Positions 24,752 to 32,562 of a stretch of 64,000 nt of DNA are shown here, piece by piece. Source of the DNA: an uncultured Opitutaceae bacterium (GTDB lineage Bacteria > Verrucomicrobiota > Verrucomicrobiia > Opitutales > Opitutaceae); assembly GCA_964574435.1 (NCBI GenBank), contig CAZNNO010000009.1, positions 3,828-67,827 of the forward strand. The letters run 5' to 3'. A program made the position numbers and the translations under genes. Under the pieces are notes generated by a model. The model was not told where the DNA came from. It did not search any database and saw only the letters and a list, made by a program, of their open reading frames with translations. Each line of letters starts with the position of its first letter. The stretch's first letter is position 1.

Positions 24752-27079
24752 ATGTCCAACGAAAAGACCACAATCGAATTCAACGACGGGATCGTACGCC
24801 AGTTCCTGATCGCCACCGTCGTCTGGGCCGCCGTGGCGATGCTGGTCGGCGTCCTCATCGGTGCGCAGCTCAACTTCTGGCAGCTCAATTTCAACACGTC
24901 CTGGCTGACCTGGAGCCGGCTGCGGCCGCTCCACACCAACGCCGCGATCTTCGCGTTCGTCGGAAACATGATGTTCGCCGGCGTCTACTACTCGACGCAG
25001 AGGCTGGTCAAGGCCCGACTGGCGAGCAACTTCCTCTCCCAGTTCCACTTCTGGGGCTGGCAGGCCATCATCGTCTCCGCGGCGGCGACGCTCCCCTTCG
25101 GGCTGACCCGCAGCAAGGAGTATGCGGAGCTGATCTGGCCCATTAACGTCCTGGTGGTGATCGTCTGGGTCGTCTTTGCGGTCAACTTCTTCTGGACCCT
25201 GGCGCGCCGCAACGAGCCCAGCCTGTACGTCGCAATCTGGTTCTACATAGCGACGATCGTGACGGTGGCGATGCTCTACATCGTCAACCACCTGTCGATC
25301 CCGACCAGCTTCACCCACAGCTACTCCGTGTTCGGCGGGGTGCAGGATGCGCTTGTCCAGTGGTGGTACGGCCACAACGCCGTGGCTTTCTTCCTGACGA
25401 CGCCGATCCTCGGCATCATGTACTACTTCCTGCCGAAGGCGGCAGAACGGCCGGTGTATTCGTACAAGCTCTCGGTCATCCATTTCTGGTCGCTCGTCTT
25501 CGTCTACATCTGGGCCGGCCCCCATCACCTCCTCAACACCGCTCTGCCCAACTGGCTGCAGACGCTGGGAATGACCTTCTCGCTGATGCTCTGGGCGCCG
25601 TCCTGGGGCGGCATGCTCAACGGGCTGCTCACGCTCCGGGGGGCCTGGGACAAGGTGCGCACCGACCCGGTGCTGAAGTTCTTTGCGGCGGGTGTCACCT
25701 TCTACGGCATGGCGACCTTCGAGGGGCCGCTCCTGGCAATACGCTCGGTCAACGCCCTGGCCCACTACACGGACTGGATCATCGCGCACGTCCACGGCGG
25801 GACCCTCGGCTGGAACGGGTTCATGGCCGCTGGGATGATCTACTGGCTGCTGCCGCGCCTCTGGAACAAGCCGCTGTACTCGACAGCCCTCGCGAACCTT
25901 CACTTCTGGATAGGGCTGGTCGGAATCCTCCTCTACGTCTCGGCAATGTGGACCAGCGGGATCACGCAGGGCCTGATGCTGAACGCCACGACCGACAATG
26001 GAACGGTCCTGGCCTACCCGAACTTCCTGGACACGCTCAACGCCATCCGCCCGATGATGCTTATGCGGGTGATCGGGGGGGCGCTCTACCTGGCCGGATG
26101 GCTTCTCCTGGCCTACAATTTCTTCCGCACGGTTCGCGGCGCCCGGCCCGTGAACGGGAGCATCGAGGTGTTCGTCGAGCCCGCCTCGTCGACACCCCCG
26201 CGGCTCACCCTCTCCGGGTCGGTCGTCAACCCACCGGTCATCTTCTCGGTGATCGCCGTCGCCTTCGCCTGCGCGTGGATGTTCGGCGGAGACTACCTGA
26301 AGATTGCGGGGATTGTCGGGGCCCTTTTCAGCCTTGTCGCTGCCTACCTCCACTTTGAGTCAAGGGGGAGGCAATGGGCTGCTTGGTACGACCGGCTGCT
26401 CGTCACCGCGCTTCCGTTCACGGTCCTGACGCTGATAGCCGTGGTCGCGGGCGGCCTGATCCAGATCATCCCGACCGTTGTCGCGCAACAGGCCGCAAAC
26501 GTTGAGGATCGCCGCCAGATCCCGTACACGCCGCTCGAGCTGGCCGGCAGGGACCTGTACGTGAGCGACGGGTGCTACCTCTGCCATTCGCAGATGATTC
26601 GCACGCTCGTGCCCGACGTGCTGCGCTACGGCGATTATTCGCGCCTTGGGGAGTCCATCTACGACCATCCGTTCCAGTGGGGCTCGAAGCGCAACGGGCC
26701 CGACCTGGCCCGGGTCGGCGGAAAGTACCCGAACATCTGGCACCTGCGCCATCTCCAGGACCCCAGGTCCGTGTCGGCAGGATCGAACATGCCCAACTTC
26801 CAGTGGTTGCTGACGGACAAGTACGACCTGGCCGCCCTTCCGAAGAAAATCTCCGTGATGCGCATGCTTGGCGTGCCATATCCAGCGATGAGCGCCGCCG
26901 CCGTCATGGCCAACGCGAAGGCGCAGGCCGACGGCATTGCCGACGACCTCCGCGCGGCCGGCGCAACCGTTGAGCCCGACAGGCAGGTCATTGCCCTCAT
27001 AGCCTACCTGCAGGAGCTCGGCAAGTTCGAGCCCGTGAAGCAGAAGGTGCCCGAGCAGGGCTCCCGCCTCAGCGATTGA
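24752..27079 (+). CDS. ccoNO: cbb3-type cytochrome c oxidase, fused subunits I and II (CcoN-CcoO)
   Basis: The N-terminal ~500 aa is CcoN (LRPLHTNAAIFAFVGNMMFAG, WYGHNAVAFFLTTP, HFWSLVFVYIWAGPHH, HYTDWIIAHVHGG). The C-terminal ~230 aa is CcoO (GRDLYVSDGCYLCHSQMIR, GSKRNGPDLARVGGKYP..WHLRHLQDPR). Confidence 0.95.
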   Translation: MSNEKTTIEFNDGIVRQFLIATVVWAAVAMLVGVLIGAQLNFWQLNFNTSWLTWSRLRPLHTNAAIFAFVGNMMFAGVYYSTQRLVKARLASNFLSQFHFWGWQAIIVSAAATLPFGLTRSKEYAELIWPINVLVVIVWVVFAVNFFWTLARRNEPSLYVAIWFYIATIVTVAMLYIVNHLSIPTSFTHSYSVFGGVQDALVQWWYGHNAVAFFLTTPILGIMYYFLPKAAERPVYSYKLSVIHFWSLVFVYIWAGPHHLLNTALPNWLQTLGMTFSLMLWAPSWGGMLNGLLTLRGAWDKVRTDPVLKFFAAGVTFYGMATFEGPLLAIRSVNALAHYTDWIIAHVHGGTLGWNGFMAAGMIYWLLPRLWNKPLYSTALANLHFWIGLVGILLYVSAMWTSGITQGLMLNATTDNGTVLAYPNFLDTLNAIRPMMLMRVIGGALYLAGWLLLAYNFFRTVRGARPVNGSIEVFVEPASSTPPRLTLSGSVVNPPVIFSVIAVAFACAWMFGGDYLKIAGIVGALFSLVAAYLHFESRGRQWAAWYDRLLVTALPFTVLTLIAVVAGGLIQIIPTVVAQQAANVEDRRQIPYTPLELAGRDLYVSDGCYLCHSQMIRTLVPDVLRYGDYSRLGESIYDHPFQWGSKRNGPDLARVGGKYPNIWHLRHLQDPRSVSAGSNMPNFQWLLTDKYDLAALPKKISVMRMLGVPYPAMSAAAVMANAKAQADGIADDLRAAGATVEPDRQVIALIAYLQELGKFEPVKQKVPEQGSRLSD

Positions 27080-27088
27080 TCCCCTCCC

Positions 27089-27292
27089 ATGTTCCAAAGA
27101 CTCATCCTCCAAGACTCGGCTGCGCTCTACACGATCGCAGCCTTCTCCGTCGCCTCATCGATATTTGTCGCGGTTGCCTGGCGCGCGCTCCGGATGAACA
27201 GGTCGCAGGTCGACCGCTTTTCCCAGCTTCCCTTCGAAACCGCAACCCCTGCCAGCCAGCATGAGCGCCGATCCGAATCGTCAGACCTCTGA
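27089..27292 (+). CDS. Small membrane protein at the CcoQ position (putative cbb3 subunit IV)
   Basis: ATG at 27089. One hydrophobic helix (LYTIAAFSVASSIFVAVAW), 67 aa, located between ccoNO and ccoP. It overlaps ccoP by 32 nt. Assigned by position and size only. Confidence 0.35.
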   Translation: MFQRLILQDSAALYTIAAFSVASSIFVAVAWRALRMNRSQVDRFSQLPFETATPASQHERRSESSDL

Positions 27293-27860
27293 GCCGTCGG
27301 TCCGTCCCCACATCTACGACGGCATCAGGGAATTCAACAACCGCCTACCGAATTGGTGGCTGTTCACGCTGTATGCCACAATCGTGTTCTGGATCGGCTA
27401 CTGGGCCTACTACGAGTGGTTCCGGATAGAACCCGAGGGCCCGAGGAGCGTGGAGCTTGCCATGTCGAGGATCGAGGCCACGAGGCTCGCCGCCGCCGCG
27501 ACGGCGAACATCGATGACAAGAGCCTCTGGGCGATGAGCCGCAACCCGGTCTTCGTCGACGCGGGCCGCCAGACCTTCAACTCAAACTGCGTCGCCTGCC
27601 ACCTCCAGAGCCTGCGGGGCAAGAGCGAGAACCCCGCGGCGATCGGCCCGGACCTCACGGATCAGATCTGGATCCATGGGGGGCATCCGACCGACCTCTA
27701 CCGCACCGTGACCGAGGGCGTCCCAGCAAAGGGCATGCCCACATGGGGTCCCGTGCTGGGGGCGAAGCGGATAACCGAGGCGGTGGCCTACGTGCTCAGC
27801 CACCACCAGGAGGGCGAGCCGATCATAATCGACGGCTCGAGCCCCGCCCCGCCACAGTAG
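27261..27860 (+). CDS. ccoP: cbb3-type cytochrome c oxidase subunit III, monohaem form
   Basis: FixP N-terminal motif IYDGIREFNNRLPNWWLFTLYATIVFWIGYW. A single CXXCH (CVACH) with downstream MPTWG. At 199 aa it has one haem domain rather than two. Confidence 0.85.
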   Translation: MSADPNRQTSEPSVRPHIYDGIREFNNRLPNWWLFTLYATIVFWIGYWAYYEWFRIEPEGPRSVELAMSRIEATRLAAAATANIDDKSLWAMSRNPVFVDAGRQTFNSNCVACHLQSLRGKSENPAAIGPDLTDQIWIHGGHPTDLYRTVTEGVPAKGMPTWGPVLGAKRITEAVAYVLSHHQEGEPIIIDGSSPAPPQ

Positions 27861-27863
27861 AGG

Positions 27864-29276
27864 ATGCAGACCAACTCGCCCTTCAAGCCGGTCCGCGACT
27901 TGGTAACCACTATTCGTGAGGATGGTTCGCGCAGGTTCCTCTATCCCGCCGATTCCTCCGGCCGATTTGCCACAGCCCGGCGCTTCGTGGCGCTCGCCCT
28001 GATCGGCGTTTACCTGCTGCTCCCATGGATAAGGGTGGGGGGATATCCCGCGGTGTTCCTGGATGTCGCCCAGCGCCGGTTCCACCTGTTCGGGCTCACC
28101 CTTGCCGCGCAGGACCTCTGGCTGCTTTTCTTCCTCATCAGCGGCGTCGGCTTCGGGCTCTTCTTCGTAACCGCGCTCTTCGGGCGCATCTGGTGCGGCT
28201 GGGCCTGCCCACAGACCGTGTTTCTCGACCATGTGTACCGGCGGGTCGAACGCTGGATCGAGGGGGATGGCGTGAGGCGCCGCGCTCTTGCGAAGGCGCC
28301 CTGGAGCGCCTCGAAGATCCTTCGCAGGGGCCTGAAGCAGGCGATCTTTCTGCTGCTCGCGGCCGCGATCGCGCACCTCTTCCTCGCCTATTTCGTGTCG
28401 ATCCCATCGGTCTGGGCGATGATGCGCGACGCCCCGACGAAAAACTGGGGCACGTTTGTGTTCATCGCCGCCGCCACGGGAGTCGTCTACTTCAATTTTG
28501 CCTGGTTTCGTGAGCAGCTCTGCATCGTGGTGTGCCCTTACGGCCGCCTGCAGTCGGCCCTGACGGACGACCACACGCTCGTCATCGGCTACGACCAGGC
28601 GCGCGGCGAGCCGCGCGGAAGGCCGGAGGACAAGGGTGCCGGGGACTGCGTGGCCTGCGACCGGTGCGTCAGCGTCTGCCCGACGGGAATCGACATCCGG
28701 CATGGCCTCCAGCTCGAATGCATCGGGTGCGCCGCCTGCATCGACGCCTGCAACGAGGTGATGGGCAGGCTGGGGCGCCCGCCCGGCCTCGTGCGCTATG
28801 ACTCGCTGGCCGGCCTCGGCGGCCGGCCCAAGCGCTGGATCCGACCGAGGACGATTCTCTACGGGGCGCTTCTGCTCGCGGGAGCCTCGGTCGCGGGCTG
28901 GAGCATCAGCGGGATCCGGCCCGCTGTCCTAAGCGTCACGCGCATGATTGGCGCCCCCTATTACCTGGACGGCTCCAATGTCCGAAACCAGTTCCTGGTG
29001 CGTCTGGTCAACAAGCGCTCGGTGACTGTGGCCCTTGCGCTGTCCGTCCGCGGCCTGCCGGGTGGGGCGGCCGTTCGGGGATTCGAGGCCCCGGTCGAGA
29101 TACCCCCGATGGGCGAGGAGCTTCGTCCCCTGGTTGTGCAGGTGCCGCGCGGCCGGAATGCGCCGGCCTTCACGTTCGAGGTCGACGCAAGCGACGCAGC
29201 GGGCTCGTTCCATCTGAGGCGGGAGATGGAGTTCCTGGGACCCGAAACGACCCCGTCGCCCTCGGGGCCCCATTGA
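27864..29276 (+). CDS. ccoG: CcoG/FixG-type 4Fe-4S membrane ferredoxin (cbb3 assembly)
   Basis: GRIWCGWACPQTVFLDHVYR, CIVVCPYGRLQ and CVACDRCVSVCPTGIDIRHG.QLECIGCAACIDACN, with TM helices and a C-terminal Ig-like region. Confidence 0.9.
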   Translation: MQTNSPFKPVRDLVTTIREDGSRRFLYPADSSGRFATARRFVALALIGVYLLLPWIRVGGYPAVFLDVAQRRFHLFGLTLAAQDLWLLFFLISGVGFGLFFVTALFGRIWCGWACPQTVFLDHVYRRVERWIEGDGVRRRALAKAPWSASKILRRGLKQAIFLLLAAAIAHLFLAYFVSIPSVWAMMRDAPTKNWGTFVFIAAATGVVYFNFAWFREQLCIVVCPYGRLQSALTDDHTLVIGYDQARGEPRGRPEDKGAGDCVACDRCVSVCPTGIDIRHGLQLECIGCAACIDACNEVMGRLGRPPGLVRYDSLAGLGGRPKRWIRPRTILYGALLLAGASVAGWSISGIRPAVLSVTRMIGAPYYLDGSNVRNQFLVRLVNKRSVTVALALSVRGLPGGAAVRGFEAPVEIPPMGEELRPLVVQVPRGRNAPAFTFEVDASDAAGSFHLRREMEFLGPETTPSPSGPH

Positions 29277-29289
29277 ACCCGCGACTGCG

Positions 29290-29451
29290 ATGAACCCGGC
29301 GCAAGCGGCCCCCAGGGGCCCCCGCTCTAGAATCTGGTGGTGGATTGCCGCCGCCATCGCCCTGCACCTCGCGGCATGGGCCGCCTGGTTCACGATCGCC
29401 ACCAGGCACCCTGTCGCCGACGTGCCCCTGGCCGGGGCATCGCGGCACTGA
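29290..29451 (+). CDS. Unlisted 53-aa single-TM ORF at the FixH/CcoH position
   Basis: Translated by hand: ATG 29290 to TGA 29449-29451 gives MNPAQAAPRGPRSRIWWWIAAAIALHLAAWAAWFTIATRHPVADVPLAGASRH. It fills the gap between ccoG (ends 29276) and the next gene (starts 29454). Too short for the ORF track. Confidence 0.35.
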   Translation: MNPAQAAPRGPRSRIWWWIAAAIALHLAAWAAWFTIATRHPVADVPLAGASRH

Positions 29452-29453
29452 AC

Positions 29454-30149
29454 ATGGAGTACGCCAGCATAAGCTCCCCTGGGGCCGCATTCATCGCCGG
29501 ACTGGTGACAAGCATCCACTGCGCCGGAATGTGCGGGCCCCTGGCCTGCGCGGTGATCCCGTTGCGCCAGCAGCAGGGGGACATTTCGACAGCGGCCACG
29601 GCCTACCACCTTGCGCGCCTTTCCAGCTACGCGGCCCTTGGGGCGCTAGCGGGAGGGCTGGGCAGGATGCCGCTTTCGCTTGTCTCGGGGACCGCCCTCA
29701 GGTGGCTTCCCTGGCTGGGCGTGCTGTTCTTCGTCGGTCTCGCGCTCCGCTGGGACCGCCACTGGCCGAAGATTCCCCTCCTGGGGAGGCTTTACCTGGC
29801 CGTTTCGGGCCTCATGCGCGGATACCCTCCGTCGGCCACCTCCGCAGCGCTGGGGCTCGCCACGCCGCTGCTGCCCTGCGGGCCCCTCTATTTCCTGCTG
29901 GCCCTCGCACTCCTCTCCGGCAGCGTCGCGCGAGGCGCCGAGTTCATGCTCGCGTTCGGTCTTGGCACCGTGCCGCTCCTCTGGATTGCGCAGACCCAGT
30001 TCGGAAGGGTGCAGCGAATGCTGAGCCCGCTGTGGCATGAACGCATCCGGATCGGCCTCGCGCTGGCGGCGGCGCTGGTGGCGGCGTGGCGCCTGCGCGG
30101 AACGCTCGGCGGCGGCGGGCCCGACCCGACCTCATTGGTATGCTTCTAA
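29454..30149 (+). CDS. DsbD_2/TauE-like membrane protein commonly linked to cbb3 assembly clusters
   Basis: The internal ATG at 29454 gives MEYASISSPGAAFIAGLVTSIHCAGMCGPLACAV. The HCxxMCGP motif and ~6 TM helices fit the family. The upstream part of ORF 29337..30149 is Arg-rich and rejected. Confidence 0.65.
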   Translation: MEYASISSPGAAFIAGLVTSIHCAGMCGPLACAVIPLRQQQGDISTAATAYHLARLSSYAALGALAGGLGRMPLSLVSGTALRWLPWLGVLFFVGLALRWDRHWPKIPLLGRLYLAVSGLMRGYPPSATSAALGLATPLLPCGPLYFLLALALLSGSVARGAEFMLAFGLGTVPLLWIAQTQFGRVQRMLSPLWHERIRIGLALAAALVAAWRLRGTLGGGGPDPTSLVCF

Positions 30150-32500
30150 CGGAGGCACCAAGAACGGCCGGGCGCCGTGCGACGGCCTGCCGGCACTGCG
30201 GAGCACCGGTCACAGACCCGCGCCTCAGGGAGACGGGCTTCTGCTGCAGCGGCTGCGCCTACGTCTTCCGCCTCGTGCACGAGCACGGCCTCGACGCCTA
30301 CTACCGCATCAAGGATCCGGTGACGGTTCCGGCCGACGCCGCCGTTTTCGAGCCCCGCGACTACTCGTGGCTCCGGGCCGCGCAGGCGCAGGCCGAAAGC
30401 GCCCCGGCCGGGGTGCCGCCCGAGCTGCATCTCGACATTCAGGGTGTCTCCTGCGCCGGTTGCGTCTGGCTGATCGAGCGCCTGTTCCAGCAGGAGCCGG
30501 GGGCCCGCGACATCGTTGTGAATGCCCAGCTCGGGTCCGTCCGCGTGCGCTGGCTGCCCGGCGCCTTTGACGCGGCGGGCTGGGCGGGCCGGCTTCAGAG
30601 CTTTGGGTACCTGATGGGCCCCGCGGGTGAGAAGCCCGTCCGGCTCGAGAGCACGGACATGGTGAGGCGCATCGGGCTTTGCGCCGCCTTTGCGCTCAAC
30701 GTGATGCTCTTTGCGCTCCCGGCCTACTTCGGGATGCGCCCCGACTTTGAATACGCAGGCCTCTTCCGCCTGCTGTCGCTGCTCTTTGCAACCCTGAGCG
30801 TCCTCGTCGGGGGGACCTACTTCATCGGGCGCGCGGCCCGGGCCCTTCGCACCCGCGTCATGCACATCGACCTGCCGATCGCCATTGGAATCGTCGGCGC
30901 CTACGCAGCCTCCCTCTTCGGGTGGCTGCTCGGGGAAAGCCGCCTCTTCTACCCGGACTTTGTCGCCACCTTCATCCTGCTGATGCTCGTCGGGCGCTGG
31001 GCGCAGGTCTCCGCCGTCGAGCGCAACCGCCAGCGACTCCTCAAGCAGCAGCCGGTGCCGTCGCGCATCCGGCTGGCGATCGGAGGGGCAGTTCCCAGGG
31101 AGCGGCTGGAGAGCGGGCAGGTCATGCTCATCGCCTCGGGCGAGACGGTTCCGGTGGAGGCCCGCCTCGAGGAAGCGGCTGCGGCGTTCTCCCTCGCATC
31201 CATCAACGGCGAGGCGGATGCCCGCATCTTCGGCGCCGGGCAGCACGTGCCGGCGGGCGCCGTCAACCTGGACCGGGCCGAAGCCAGGCTTTGCGCGCTC
31301 CAACCCTGGTCCCGGTCGCTCCTCGCGCAGCTCCTGGCCCCAGCCGAGCGGGCGGGCTTCAGGCATGAGTTCCTTGAGCGGATCGTCCGGGGCTATGTCG
31401 TGGGCATCCTCGCCGCGGCGGCGCTGGCCGGCCTCGGCTGGTGGCTGGCGACCCGTGACCCGGAGCGCGCGGGCGCTGCAGCCATCGCCGTCCTTGTCGT
31501 GTCGTGCCCGTGCGCGATCGGGCTGGCCCTGCCGCTGGCCGACGAGATTGCGACAGGCGCCCTTCGCCGCAGGGGGGTCTTCATCCGCGAGAACGACCTT
31601 TGGTCGAAGCTGGGCCGCGTTCGGACGATCATCTTTGACAAGACGGGAACGCTGACCCTTGAGAACCCGGTCCTGCTCAACCCGGGGGCGCTGGCCGGCC
31701 TGGGGGCGCCCGAGCGCCGGGCGCTCCTCGCGCTCGTGCAGGGCAACCCGCACCCGATCGGCAGGTGCCTGCACGAGAGCCTGCTGGCCGCCGGGGCCGG
31801 CCTCCCCCTCGACGGCGTCCTGGAGGAGGACGTGGGGTTCGGGGTCTGGACAGGGTCCTGGAGCCTGGGCCGGGCGGGATGGCGCGACCGCGGCCCGCAG
31901 GGGCCGGAGACGGTCCTCGCCCGCGACGGCACCGCAGTGGCGAGCTTTCGTTTTTCGGACTGCGTGCGCCCGGGCGTTGCCGCCGAGGTGGCAGGGCTCG
32001 AGAGCGAGGGCTACGGCGTCTATGTCCTGAGCGGCGACCGCGCCGAGAAGGTCGAGGTGCTCGCCGTCGAGCTCGGCCTGGCGCCGTCCCATGCGCTGGG
32101 CGGGCTCTCCCCCGAGCAGAAGGCTGTCTGGATCGAGAACCATGCGCCGGAGCGCGCGCTCATGCTGGGCGACGGCGCCAACGACAGCCTCGCCTTCGAC
32201 CGCGCACTCTGTCGGGGTACACCGGTGATCCACCGCGGCATCCTGGAGAGCAAGGCCGACTTCTATTACCTGCGCCGGGGCATCGGCGGCATCCGCGACC
32301 TCCTCGCCACAAACAGGATCCGCCGCCGGGTCCAGCGCGCGATCATCGCCTTCTCGATCGCCTACAACGTCGTGGCGGCCGGATTCGCGTTCGCCGGGAT
32401 GGTCAATCCCCTCGTGGCCGCCGTGCTGATGCCCGCGAGCTCACTGGCCTCGCTGGCCATTGTCGCGGTCGGAATGAGTCCCGCGAAAGGCTACCGGTGA
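30140..32500 (+). CDS. ccoI: Copper-translocating P1B-type ATPase (CcoI/FixI-like)
   Basis: ATG at 30140. N-terminal CRHCGAPV...CCSGCAYVF zinc-ribbon-like segment, an HMA-type GVSCAGCVWLIE, the TM CPC motif (SCPCAIGLALP), DKTGTLT and GDGANDS. Confidence 0.9.
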   Translation: MLLTEAPRTAGRRATACRHCGAPVTDPRLRETGFCCSGCAYVFRLVHEHGLDAYYRIKDPVTVPADAAVFEPRDYSWLRAAQAQAESAPAGVPPELHLDIQGVSCAGCVWLIERLFQQEPGARDIVVNAQLGSVRVRWLPGAFDAAGWAGRLQSFGYLMGPAGEKPVRLESTDMVRRIGLCAAFALNVMLFALPAYFGMRPDFEYAGLFRLLSLLFATLSVLVGGTYFIGRAARALRTRVMHIDLPIAIGIVGAYAASLFGWLLGESRLFYPDFVATFILLMLVGRWAQVSAVERNRQRLLKQQPVPSRIRLAIGGAVPRERLESGQVMLIASGETVPVEARLEEAAAAFSLASINGEADARIFGAGQHVPAGAVNLDRAEARLCALQPWSRSLLAQLLAPAERAGFRHEFLERIVRGYVVGILAAAALAGLGWWLATRDPERAGAAAIAVLVVSCPCAIGLALPLADEIATGALRRRGVFIRENDLWSKLGRVRTIIFDKTGTLTLENPVLLNPGALAGLGAPERRALLALVQGNPHPIGRCLHESLLAAGAGLPLDGVLEEDVGFGVWTGSWSLGRAGWRDRGPQGPETVLARDGTAVASFRFSDCVRPGVAAEVAGLESEGYGVYVLSGDRAEKVEVLAVELGLAPSHALGGLSPEQKAVWIENHAPERALMLGDGANDSLAFDRALCRGTPVIHRGILESKADFYYLRRGIGGIRDLLATNRIRRRVQRAIIAFSIAYNVVAAGFAFAGMVNPLVAAVLMPASSLASLAIVAVGMSPAKGYR

Positions 32501-32562
32501 CGCCCCGGCCGCGAGCGACCCCGGGAGGCGCCGCTGCGCGATAGTCGGGCCATCGTCCCTCA

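Noticed and set aside
24560-26353. 597-aa minus-strand ORF
   Set aside because: It is antisense to ccoNO, whose identity is unambiguous. The product is Arg/Pro/Asp/Glu-rich and low in complexity.
30146-32233. 695-aa minus-strand ORF
   Set aside because: It is antisense to the ccoI P-type ATPase (DKTGT, CPC and GDGAND motifs on the plus strand). It has no motifs of its own.
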